This document shows, piece after piece, positions 40,031-48,738 of a stretch of DNA of 64,000 nt (position 1 is the stretch's first letter; every line of letters begins with the position of its first letter). A model generated the notes under the pieces. The model was not told where the DNA came from. It saw nothing but the letters and a program-made list of their open reading frames with translations, and did no database searches. The translations under genes and the position numbers were made by a program. Location of the stretch: assembly GCA_041906885.1 (NCBI GenBank), contig JAYRII010000014.1:74059-138058 (forward strand). Reading direction: 5' to 3'. The stretch comes from Candidatus Saccharimonadia bacterium (GTDB lineage: Bacteria > Patescibacteriota > Saccharimonadia > CAILAD01 > CAZGYV01).

Positions 40031-41482
40031 ATGTTTGAAACAACTTTTAAAAATATTGATGACAGGTTGCACAAAGACGCTGGCTGTAGTAGCGAGCTTG
40101 ATTATGTGGAGCAGTCGTCGTGGATTTTGTTTCTCAAATATTTATCAGAGCTAGAGCAAGACAAGGCCGATGAGGCAACACTCAAAGGCAAAGAATACCA
40201 GCCGATACTGGCTGATGAATACCAGTGGAGCACTTGGGCTTGCCCCAAAAAGCCAGACGGCACACTAGACCACAACAAAGCTATGACCGGTGATGACCTG
40301 ATAGAATTTGTCAACAAAAAGCTATTTCCGTATCTAAAGACCCTAGACGCAGACCAAGGCGAGCAAAAATCAATTCGGGGCAAAATCAGCGTAATTTTTG
40401 GAGATCTGCGCAACAAGTTGCAAAGTGGCTATACGCTCCGTGATGTGCTAGACCAAGTGGACAAGCTAAAGTTTCGTAGTAACAAAGACAAGCACGAGAT
40501 GTCGCACCTTTACGAAACAAAGATTAAAAATATGGGCAATGCCGGCAGAAACGGTGGCGAATACTACACGCCTCGTCCACTTATTCGGGCAATGGTGGAG
40601 GTTACAAATCCGCAGATTGGCGAGACAGTTTATGACGGCGCGGTCGGCTCGGCGGGCTTTTTGTGCGAAGCGTTTGAATATATGCAGTCAAAAGATTTGA
40701 CCGCCAAAGACCTTGAGACACTCCAGACCAAAACTTTCTACGGCAAAGAGCTCAAATCTCTGGCATACATCATCGGTACTATGAATATGATATTGCACGG
40801 CATAGAGCACCCAAACTTGCTCCATACCAACACACTGGCAGAAAACATCAATGATATCCAAGAAAAAGACCGCTACAATGTGGTGCTGGCAAATCCGCCT
40901 TTTGGTGGCAAGATACGCGCCGAGATCCAGCAAAACTTCCCGATAAAAACTGGCGAGACAGCCTACCTCTTTTTGCAACATTTCATCAAGTCGCTCAAAG
41001 CTGGTGGGCGCGGTGCGGTCGTCATCAAAAACACCTTCCTCAGCAACACCGACAATGCGTCTATCAGCCTGCGCAAGCTCCTACTAGAAAGTTGCAACCT
41101 ATATACCATCCTAGACATGCCGAGTGGCACATTCCTCGGTGCTGGAGTCAAGACTGTGGTGCTGTTTTTTGAAAAAGGCGAGCCTACCAAAAACATTTGG
41201 TATTACCAGCTCATTCCTAGTCGCAACATGGGCAAGACCAATCCGCTAAATGACCAAGACATGGCCGAGTTCATAGAGCTACAAAAGACACCTTCGGGTA
41301 GCGAGAACTCCTGGACGCTAAATGTCAAAGATATCAATCAATCTACCTATGACCTAAGTGTCAAAAACCCCAACGCCAAACAAGAAGCCCCCTTGCGCGA
41401 GCCAAAAGAAATTATGCAAGAGATGAAAACACTTGATGCCCAGAGTGCAGAAATCCTAAACTCAATTTCGGAATTGATATGA
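40031..41482 (+). CDS. hsdM: Type I restriction-modification system methyltransferase subunit
   Basis: N6-adenine MTase motifs: VLANPPFGG (motif IV), GSAGFL (motif I region). Confidence 0.95.
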   Translation: MFETTFKNIDDRLHKDAGCSSELDYVEQSSWILFLKYLSELEQDKADEATLKGKEYQPILADEYQWSTWACPKKPDGTLDHNKAMTGDDLIEFVNKKLFPYLKTLDADQGEQKSIRGKISVIFGDLRNKLQSGYTLRDVLDQVDKLKFRSNKDKHEMSHLYETKIKNMGNAGRNGGEYYTPRPLIRAMVEVTNPQIGETVYDGAVGSAGFLCEAFEYMQSKDLTAKDLETLQTKTFYGKELKSLAYIIGTMNMILHGIEHPNLLHTNTLAENINDIQEKDRYNVVLANPPFGGKIRAEIQQNFPIKTGETAYLFLQHFIKSLKAGGRGAVVIKNTFLSNTDNASISLRKLLLESCNLYTILDMPSGTFLGAGVKTVVLFFEKGEPTKNIWYYQLIPSRNMGKTNPLNDQDMAEFIELQKTPSGSENSWTLNVKDINQSTYDLSVKNPNAKQEAPLREPKEIMQEMKTLDAQSAEILNSISELI

Positions 41483-42684
41483 AGCAAGAATGGGAAATAA
41501 AGAAGTTAGGCGAAGTATGTAAAGTGATTGCAGGACAATCACCAGAAGGGAAATTTTATAATTCCGAAGGAAATGGAATGCCATTTTATCAAGGCAAAAA
41601 AGAATATGGTGAAAAATACATAGGAGAACCTACTACTTGGACAACTAAAATTACAAAGGAGGCAGAAGAAGGCGATGTCCTAATATCCGTTAGAGCACCT
41701 GTTGGACCTGTAAATTTTGCAACTCAAAAAATTTGCATTGGTCGTGGACTTGCTGCGATTCGTGTAGGGAAAAATATTGACAAGGAATTTCTTTATAATT
41801 TTTTAATAAAACACGAGAACGAAATTGAAGGAAATACAGGTGCAGTTTTCAATTCCATAAATAAAACACAAATTGAAAGTATTGAAATTCCCTTGCCGTC
41901 GCTTGAGGAGCAACGGCGGATTGTGGGGGTTTTGGATGAGGCTTTTTTGGCTATTGATAAGGCGAGAGCCAATGCAGAGCAGAACCTGCGCAGTGCCAAA
42001 GAACTTTTTGAAAGCTACCTACAAGAAATATTTGAAAATAAATCCCCCGACTGGGAAGAAAAGAAACTCGGCGAAATAATGGAAATTAAACCATCAAAAA
42101 GGGAAGCAAAAGAAAAATTGAGTGATAATGATTTAGTTTCTTTTCTTCCTATGGAGGATTTAGGTGTTTGTGCAAATGAAATTAAACCAGAAAAAGAGAA
42201 ACCATTAAAAGATGTGTCAGGTAGCTATACTTATTTTGCAGACAACGATGTCCTGCTTGCTAAAATCACTCCTTGTTTTGAAAATGGAAAACTTGGCATT
42301 GCAAAAAAATTGAAAAATGGGATTGGCTTTGGTTCTAGTGAATACATTGTATTTAGAAGTCCAGAAAATATTGCCCCAGAATTTCTTTACTACTTCTTAT
42401 CAAGAAAGAGTTTGAGAGAAGAAGGTAAGAAATATATGAGTGGTGCTGTTGGTCATAAACGAGTTTCAAAGGATTGGATAGCAAACTATCTATTCTCATT
42501 TCCTCAATCAAAAGAAGCCCAACAAACCATCGTACGCCAGTTAGATACCATGCGAGCTAAAACCCAAAAACTAGAAGAAATGTATCAAAAAAAGATTGAT
42601 GATTTGGACGAGCTTAAAAAATCCATTTTGCAAAAAGCCTTTGCTGGCGAGCTGACAACTTTTAAAGAAAAGGTGCCAGCATGA
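41479..42684 (+). CDS. hsdS: Type I restriction-modification system specificity subunit
   Basis: Two target-recognition domains separated by the central conserved LPSLEEQRRIVGVLDEAF...NLRSAKELFESYLQEIF region, and the C-terminal KKSILQKAFAGEL. Overlaps hsdM/hsdR starts. Confidence 0.9.
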   Translation: MKQEWEIKKLGEVCKVIAGQSPEGKFYNSEGNGMPFYQGKKEYGEKYIGEPTTWTTKITKEAEEGDVLISVRAPVGPVNFATQKICIGRGLAAIRVGKNIDKEFLYNFLIKHENEIEGNTGAVFNSINKTQIESIEIPLPSLEEQRRIVGVLDEAFLAIDKARANAEQNLRSAKELFESYLQEIFENKSPDWEEKKLGEIMEIKPSKREAKEKLSDNDLVSFLPMEDLGVCANEIKPEKEKPLKDVSGSYTYFADNDVLLAKITPCFENGKLGIAKKLKNGIGFGSSEYIVFRSPENIAPEFLYYFLSRKSLREEGKKYMSGAVGHKRVSKDWIANYLFSFPQSKEAQQTIVRQLDTMRAKTQKLEEMYQKKIDDLDELKKSILQKAFAGELTTFKEKVPA

Positions 42685-44996
42685 ACGAAGCCGAAACCAG
42701 AGCCGAACTAATAGACCCGATACTGCGTGAGGCTGGCTGGGGCGTAATAGAGGGCTCAAAAGTTTTGCGTGAACATCACATCACCAAAGGGCGGATCATG
42801 ACTGGTGGTATGCGCGCCAAGCCAGAGATTGCCGACTATGTGCTGGTGTACAACAATCAAAAAATTGCGGTGATAGAAGCCAAAAAAGCCGATGAATATT
42901 ACACCGAAGGTCTAGCCCAAGCTAAAGCCTACGCCCAGACGCTCCACATAGAAAACACTTACTGCACCAACGGCAAGCAGATTTATCACGCCAATATGGC
43001 AACTGGGCACGAGCAAGATGTAGACAGATACCCAACACCGCAGGAGTTATGGCAGATGGTCAGTGGCGGGCAAAACGATTGGCACGCCAAGTTTAACGCT
43101 ATTTCGCCAGCTGGTAGTTATGACTTGCGCTATTACCAAGAAATCGCTGTCGGCAAGGCGCTAGACGCCATAGCTAGTAGCAAATCCCGAATACTTCTGA
43201 CATTGGCGACTGGCACGGGCAAAACCGCCATAGCTTTTCAGATAGCTTGGAAGCTGTTTCATGCGCGCTGGAATATCAGCCGAGACGGCGGTAGGCGACC
43301 GAGGATTTTATTCCTAGCCGACCGCAACATTTTGGCCGACCAAGCCTTCAACGCCTTTAGCGCCTTTGACGAGAACGCACTGGTGCGGATCAGTCCGTTA
43401 GATATTCGTAAGCGTGGCTCAGTGCCGACTAATGGCAGTATATTTTTTACTATTTTCCAAACATTTATGAGTGGTCCAAACGATACGCCGTATTTTGGTG
43501 ATTATCCGCCCGACTTTTTTGACCTAGTGATAATAGATGAGTGCCATCGGGGCGGAGCGAATGACGAAAGTAACTGGCGAGCTATAATGGAGCATTTTTC
43601 GTCGGCGGTGCAGATTGGCCTGACGGCTACACCAAAACGCAAGGACAACATAGACACCTATCGGTATTTTGGTGAGCCACTGTATGAATACTCTCTAAAA
43701 CAGGGCATAAATGACGGCTTTTTGACACCGTTTAAGGTACGAAAGTTTGAAACTACTTTGGACGAATACACCTACGACCCAGACGATGATGTCGTGGAGG
43801 GCGAAATAGAGGCTGGGCGGAAATATACCGAAGATGACTTTAATAGGACGATAATCATCAAGGAGCGAGAGCTCAAGCGCGTAAAACTTTTTATGGACGA
43901 GATAGACCAAAACGAAAAGACTTTGGTTTTTTGCGCCAACCAAGCCCATGCCCTATTAGTGCGCGACCTCATCAACCGTGTTAAGACTAGCCAAAACCCT
44001 AGCTACTGCGTGAGAGTGACAGCCGATGACGGCGAACGGGGCGAGCAGTTCCTGCGAGAATTTCAGGATAATGAAAAGTTGATCCCGACTATTCTCACGA
44101 CATCGCAAAAGCTTTCTACAGGTGTAGATGCCCGTAATGTGCGTAATATCGTGCTGATGCGCCCGATTAATTCGCAGATTGAATTCAAGCAAATCCTCGG
44201 GCGAGGGACAAGGCTGTATGATAATAAAGAATATTTTACGATTTATGATTTTGTAAATGCCAGCGAACGGTTTAAAGACGATGACTGGGACGGCCCGCCA
44301 ATAGACACGACAACTGAGCCTAAGCCTACGCCACCGCCAAAGCCACCAGAACCACCCAAGCCATGTGATGTCTGTGGGCAGTATCCGTGCGAATGTGTGC
44401 AGGATCCACCAAAGGCAAAGATTCGGATAAAGCTAAGAGACGGTAAAGAACGAGCAATTTTGCATTCATCAGAAACTTTCTTCTATGATGCCAATGGCGT
44501 GCCGATTAGTGTACAGCAATTTATAGAGAATCTGTACGGAGTAATGCCCAATTTGTTTAGAAACGAGGCAGAGCTACGAGAAATATGGGCTAATCCAACA
44601 ACGCGAAAAGCGCTTTTGGCTAGATTATCGGAACTTGGCTATGGTATTGCCGAACTTGAAGCACTACAGAAGATTGTAGATGCCCAAGATAGCGATATCT
44701 TTGATGTGCTGGCCTATATTTCTTTCACAGTACCGCCTGTTAGTCGTGTAGAGCGAGTGGATCGTACAAAGAATGAGCTTTATCAGGGGTTAAACGAGCG
44801 GGAAGTTGAATTCTTGGGCTTTGTGTTAAGCAAATATGAAATGAGAGGCTCTGATGAAATCTCTGAGGAAAGACTGCCAACACTATTAAGTCTCAAATAT
44901 CGTTCTATCGATGACGCGATACAGCAACTTGGTGGCGCTCAAAGAATCCGTGAACACTTCTTTGCTTTTCAAAAAGTCTTGTTTACGAAAGCTTGA
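42681..44996 (+). CDS. hsdR: Type I restriction enzyme R subunit (compact form) with Pro-rich linker and Cys cluster before the C-terminal domain
   Basis: N-terminal nuclease-like region, helicase motif I LATGTGKTAIAF, motif II VIIDECHRG, motif VI QILGRGTRL. PTPPPKPPEPPKPCDVCGQYPCEC at about 44326-44400. Confidence 0.88.
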   Translation: MNEAETRAELIDPILREAGWGVIEGSKVLREHHITKGRIMTGGMRAKPEIADYVLVYNNQKIAVIEAKKADEYYTEGLAQAKAYAQTLHIENTYCTNGKQIYHANMATGHEQDVDRYPTPQELWQMVSGGQNDWHAKFNAISPAGSYDLRYYQEIAVGKALDAIASSKSRILLTLATGTGKTAIAFQIAWKLFHARWNISRDGGRRPRILFLADRNILADQAFNAFSAFDENALVRISPLDIRKRGSVPTNGSIFFTIFQTFMSGPNDTPYFGDYPPDFFDLVIIDECHRGGANDESNWRAIMEHFSSAVQIGLTATPKRKDNIDTYRYFGEPLYEYSLKQGINDGFLTPFKVRKFETTLDEYTYDPDDDVVEGEIEAGRKYTEDDFNRTIIIKERELKRVKLFMDEIDQNEKTLVFCANQAHALLVRDLINRVKTSQNPSYCVRVTADDGERGEQFLREFQDNEKLIPTILTTSQKLSTGVDARNVRNIVLMRPINSQIEFKQILGRGTRLYDNKEYFTIYDFVNASERFKDDDWDGPPIDTTTEPKPTPPPKPPEPPKPCDVCGQYPCECVQDPPKAKIRIKLRDGKERAILHSSETFFYDANGVPISVQQFIENLYGVMPNLFRNEAELREIWANPTTRKALLARLSELGYGIAELEALQKIVDAQDSDIFDVLAYISFTVPPVSRVERVDRTKNELYQGLNEREVEFLGFVLSKYEMRGSDEISEERLPTLLSLKYRSIDDAIQQLGGAQRIREHFFAFQKVLFTKA

Positions 44997-45004
44997 GGGT
45001 GAAT

Positions 45005-45103
45005 ATGCAACCAATGAACCGCCAACAACTCCAAAACCTCTCTCGTCTCCGCGACTGGCTCATCCCCATGCTCATGAACGGCCATGTGAGGATAGAAGAG
45101 TGA
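45005..45103 (+). pseudogene. possible hsdS 3'-end remnant
   Basis: Translation ...NRQQLQNLSRLRDWLIPMLMNGHVRIEE resembles the conserved C-terminal L..LRD.LLPKLMSGE(I/L) tail of many HsdS subunits. 32 codons only, partly overlapping the hsdR 3' end. Confidence 0.35.
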
Positions 45104-45238
45104 GGCAATAATTAATTGACTTGTCACCCCTGTAATTGATACAAAAACTATTGATTTTTCAGCCCGACTGTGCTAATATAAAAGAGTATACCGATACGGG
45201 CTGTCCGGCAGGAGCAATACCTAAGGAGATCCCGTTTT

Positions 45239-45748
45239 TTATTTCTTCTTTTTTCTGTAGGCTATCTTATTTTTGACACTATCTGTGTCTAAAAAGTCAT
45301 AATACGAGTTGTCTAGGTTGTTGCGATATAGTGACGACATAGATTTTCTATTTGGCGCTAGCAACTTCTTGAACTTATCTTTACTCGCCAAATATTTCAC
45401 CATTTTGTAATAATCACCATCGCCAGATACTAGAACTACTTTGTCGAACTTTTCTTTTTCGGCTATTTTCTCCATGACGTGGAATACGATATCGGTGTCG
45501 ACATTGCCTTTCTTTTTGCCAATCATACTCTGGCTGTGTTCACGAAAGGTCAGTATAAAGCCAGCTTTTTGGATGTTCTCGTATAACTTTTGCTGGTCGT
45601 CATCGACCGCACCGAGGAAGTAGTAGGCGGTATCTACCTGGTATTTCTCGCGCAGATAGACACGAAAACGAGCCAAATCAACACCCCAGCCAAAAGATTT
45701 GGTATTCATGTGTAGATTCTGCCCATCTATAAATGCCTGGTTTGCCAT
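45239..45748 (-). CDS. NYN-domain (LabA/PIN-like) putative RNase
   Basis: VDTAYYF ... VVLVSGDGDY is the NYN/LabA catalytic signature. Confidence 0.75.
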   Translation of the reverse strand: MANQAFIDGQNLHMNTKSFGWGVDLARFRVYLREKYQVDTAYYFLGAVDDDQQKLYENIQKAGFILTFREHSQSMIGKKKGNVDTDIVFHVMEKIAEKEKFDKVVLVSGDGDYYKMVKYLASKDKFKKLLAPNRKSMSSLYRNNLDNSYYDFLDTDSVKNKIAYRKKKK

Positions 45749-45981
45749 AGCTGTATTATAGCATTACGGCAGAACTCTAAATGCCCCACCCCTTTTCGGG
45801 TGAGTTGAGCTAAGGCGTGGCTAATCAATAAAAGTACGAAATATGCCTGATGGTCGGACAAGTGAACGTAGAGCAATTATAAGTAATCTCCAAAAGATTG
45901 CTCTGCCGTAAGTATCATCCCAATCCCTGCGAAATTGCCGACTGAAACTCGTATACATACTGTGAATTATTTATTCAAAGA

Positions 45982-46245
45982 GTGTATAATCTAGTTATGG
46001 GCGACGACCAATTCACTAAACTATTTAAATACATGACGGAGCGGTTTGATTCGCTTGATCAAAAACTAGACCGCAAGGCTGATAAAGCTGATGTTGAGCG
46101 TCTTATAAATACTATGGATGATTTTATTCGTCGCATCACCGTTAATGAGACGGAGCAGGCTGCTCGTGACGCACAATTTGCTCGGCTCGTTGAATGGGCG
46201 CACGAAGTTTCTGAGAAAACTGGCATACCACTTCCTAATCTGTAA
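45982..46245 (+). CDS. small coiled-coil protein, paralog B (homolog of 37253-37606)
   Basis: See paralog A. 87 aa with a shared C-terminal ETEQ.ARD.QF.RL..WAH.VSEKTGIPL motif. Confidence 0.6.
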   Translation: MYNLVMGDDQFTKLFKYMTERFDSLDQKLDRKADKADVERLINTMDDFIRRITVNETEQAARDAQFARLVEWAHEVSEKTGIPLPNL

Positions 46246-46307
46246 ACTATTGGTTCTGTATTGTGGCAGTTTTAAAATTTGCCTCAGAATAGCAAGTTGA
46301 TGACCTG

Positions 46308-46661
46308 ATGGGTGGTGACGAAAAGCTACGCAGTAAACGTGAGCTGATAGAGCGATTTATTAACAGCTATTTGCCAAAAATTACCGATGGTGAGCAAGTT
46401 GATGGTGAATTCCAAAAATACTGGAGCGATGAGGAGCGAAAGGCGATCGAAAAATTTGCGGGTAAGGAAAACCTGGATGTATCGCGGCTCGAAAAGCTGA
46501 TAGCTAACTACTCATATAGCGGACGCAAACCACGCCAAGACGACTACGCCAAAGCCTTTAGTGATGGCTACAAACTCGGCATCCGCGAGCGAAGTACCAC
46601 GCTAGACCGCATCGCTGACAAATTTACCAAGTTTATCATTGTATTTGTTGATGATGTGTAG
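46308..46661 (+). CDS. hypothetical protein
   Basis: 117 aa, charged and helical. No confident family. Confidence 0.4.
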   Translation: MGGDEKLRSKRELIERFINSYLPKITDGEQVDGEFQKYWSDEERKAIEKFAGKENLDVSRLEKLIANYSYSGRKPRQDDYAKAFSDGYKLGIRERSTTLDRIADKFTKFIIVFVDDV

Positions 46662-46779
46662 CAAATGGCGCGCGAGCAAGCCCAAAACCTCGCCACTCTC
46701 ATCAACCTGGCCAAGAAAAGCTGTGCAAGTGGGAGTAAAGACAAAGATTTATAAATGAGATGATTTTGCTCTGAGCGAG

Positions 46780-47991
46780 CTACCGCCCTTGGATTTCGTC
46801 GAGCATTTTGGCGCGTGTGACGATGATGGCGGGGATGAGGCCGGAGATGACTGCTACCCAGCTGACGATTTCGAGCCGTTTGACAAATTCTGGCCAAGTC
46901 AAAATCAGTTTGGCGTCGGTGATGGGTAGGGCGAAGGGGTGGATATTGAAGTAGGGCACGAGGATGGCGAAGTAAATCAAGCTGCCGAGCATGATGCCGA
47001 GGGTGGCATAAATGGCCGCTAAGATAACGTAATTGCAAACTATAATGTAGGGCTTGATGCCAATAGCGCGCAAGATGCCGATCTGGCGGCGGCGATTGAC
47101 GATGTCGACGTAAATGACGATAAAGACGGTCACCGCGGCGATGATGACACCAACCATGGTCATCAGTATATCGATGCTAGCAAAGCTGCTGCTGACTGAT
47201 TTCATCAGGCCGGCGGCTTCCTTCCACAAAAAAGTGTCGGCATCGGGGTGGAGCGAGCTAACAGCGGACAGGACTTTGGTCTCGTCGGCGTCACTGGTGC
47301 GGATATTGACCACGGTGGCTTTGTTTGTGGAGGCGGGCATGATTTTATTTAAGGCTTTTTCGGTGATAAACGCTCGGGCGTCTGACTCAATAAACTTAGT
47401 GTAGAAAATGCCTCGTACGGTAAATATTTGCTCAAATCCATCAAAAGCGACAGTGACTTTATCACCAACTGTGGCGCCTTTGAGCGAGGTCGAGTTCATC
47501 TCCACGCCATCACCGCCAGCGATTTGCCGCCCCAGGATAATGCCATCGCTGTCGTCTGGGCGTAGGTATTCGCCAGCCATCATCTTGTCTTTGATCTTAA
47601 AGACGTTGGCGTAATCCTCGGGGTTGATGGCAATGACTGGCCAACGGCCGGTACGGGCGTCTTTTTCGATCCGAGCTGGGATCATAAAGCCAGCGCTGGC
47701 TGCCTGGACACCCTCGGTCTGGCGGACTTTGTCGAGCAACTGGCTAGGCTGACTCAAAAAATCGACACCTTGCTTGGGCACCATGTAGACATTACCAGTC
47801 AAAGTGTCGATAATCTGACGATTACTACCCTCGACGATACCATTGAAAAGAGCCGTGATAAAAATCAGGTTGATAAAGGCCACTGCCATCAAAAGCACAG
47901 TCAGAAAGAATGTCCATTTGCGGCCGCGTCGGATGGATTGGAAGGCTAGATAAAATGGTAATTTGAGCTCATTTTTCATCGAGTTTGCCAT
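46780..47991 (-). CDS. ABC transporter permease, FtsX/MacB-type
   Basis: 403 aa. N-terminal TM, large periplasmic-type domain, C-terminal FtsX 3-TM bundle. Overlaps the ATPase gene. Confidence 0.85.
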   Translation of the reverse strand: MANSMKNELKLPFYLAFQSIRRGRKWTFFLTVLLMAVAFINLIFITALFNGIVEGSNRQIIDTLTGNVYMVPKQGVDFLSQPSQLLDKVRQTEGVQAASAGFMIPARIEKDARTGRWPVIAINPEDYANVFKIKDKMMAGEYLRPDDSDGIILGRQIAGGDGVEMNSTSLKGATVGDKVTVAFDGFEQIFTVRGIFYTKFIESDARAFITEKALNKIMPASTNKATVVNIRTSDADETKVLSAVSSLHPDADTFLWKEAAGLMKSVSSSFASIDILMTMVGVIIAAVTVFIVIYVDIVNRRRQIGILRAIGIKPYIIVCNYVILAAIYATLGIMLGSLIYFAILVPYFNIHPFALPITDAKLILTWPEFVKRLEIVSWVAVISGLIPAIIVTRAKMLDEIQGR

Positions 47992-48655
47992 CTTTTATAT
48001 TGATGATACGACTGGCGTAGCTGAGTTCTTCCGGTTCGTGAGTGACCATGACGATGGTGATTTGCTCGTCACGGTTGAGCTTTTTGAAGATTTCCAAAAC
48101 TTCGACTGAAGCAACGCTATCGAGATTGGCTGTCGGCTCGTCGGCAAAGATAATCTTGGGTGAGTTGACCAGTGCGCGAGCGATTGCCACACGTTGCTGC
48201 TCGCCGCCAGAGAGCTGGGTCGGCAGACGTTTTTGTTTTTTTTCGAGCCGGACTTTTTTTAGTAAAGCTGCAGCCTTGTGGCGGGCGGCTTTGCGACTTG
48301 TCAGCATCATGGCCGGCAGCATGACATTTTCGAGCGCCGTTAGCTCGGCTATTAGCGCGTATTCTTGAAATATATAACCCAGCTCCCGTAAACGTAAGCT
48401 CGTTTTGGCCTTTTGAGTCGAGTGCGTCGTGTCGTGACTATGGATAAATATCTGACCTTGAGTCGGCTCATCCAAAAGCGCCATGACGTGCATCAGAGTT
48501 GATTTGCCCGAGCCATTGCGCCCAGTGATCATCAAAAACTCAGCTGATTTTATATCTAAGCTGATGCCATTGACAGCACGAGTGACATTGTCGCCTGCGC
48601 CATAATCTTTGACCAGATTTTTGATTGTAACGGCTGGTGTTTGAGTCATACCCAA
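47969..48655 (-). CDS. ABC transporter ATP-binding protein (MacB/LolD-type)
   Basis: Walker A GRNGSGKSTL, signature LSGGEQQRVAIARAL, Walker B IIFADEPT. Confidence 0.9.
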   Translation of the reverse strand: MGMTQTPAVTIKNLVKDYGAGDNVTRAVNGISLDIKSAEFLMITGRNGSGKSTLMHVMALLDEPTQGQIFIHSHDTTHSTQKAKTSLRLRELGYIFQEYALIAELTALENVMLPAMMLTSRKAARHKAAALLKKVRLEKKQKRLPTQLSGGEQQRVAIARALVNSPKIIFADEPTANLDSVASVEVLEIFKKLNRDEQITIVMVTHEPEELSYASRIINIKDGKLDEK

Positions 48656-48738
48656 GCTATTTTAGCGGAAAATAGTAGCTACGTCTTGCGGTATGTCAGT
48701 AGTATTGTCAACTTAAGCATTAGCGGTATAATTACATT

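Noticed and set aside
44911-45111. 66-aa ORF from the track downstream of hsdR
   Set aside because: It is in a different frame from the HsdS-tail-like peptide (45005-45103). Its Pro-rich translation has no support. The HsdS-like frame is preferred, itself only as a remnant.
46308-46661. Idea that the 117-aa ORF is a fragment of an HsdR C-terminal domain
   Set aside because: There is only a vague compositional resemblance. No alignable conserved block was seen, so it is left as hypothetical.
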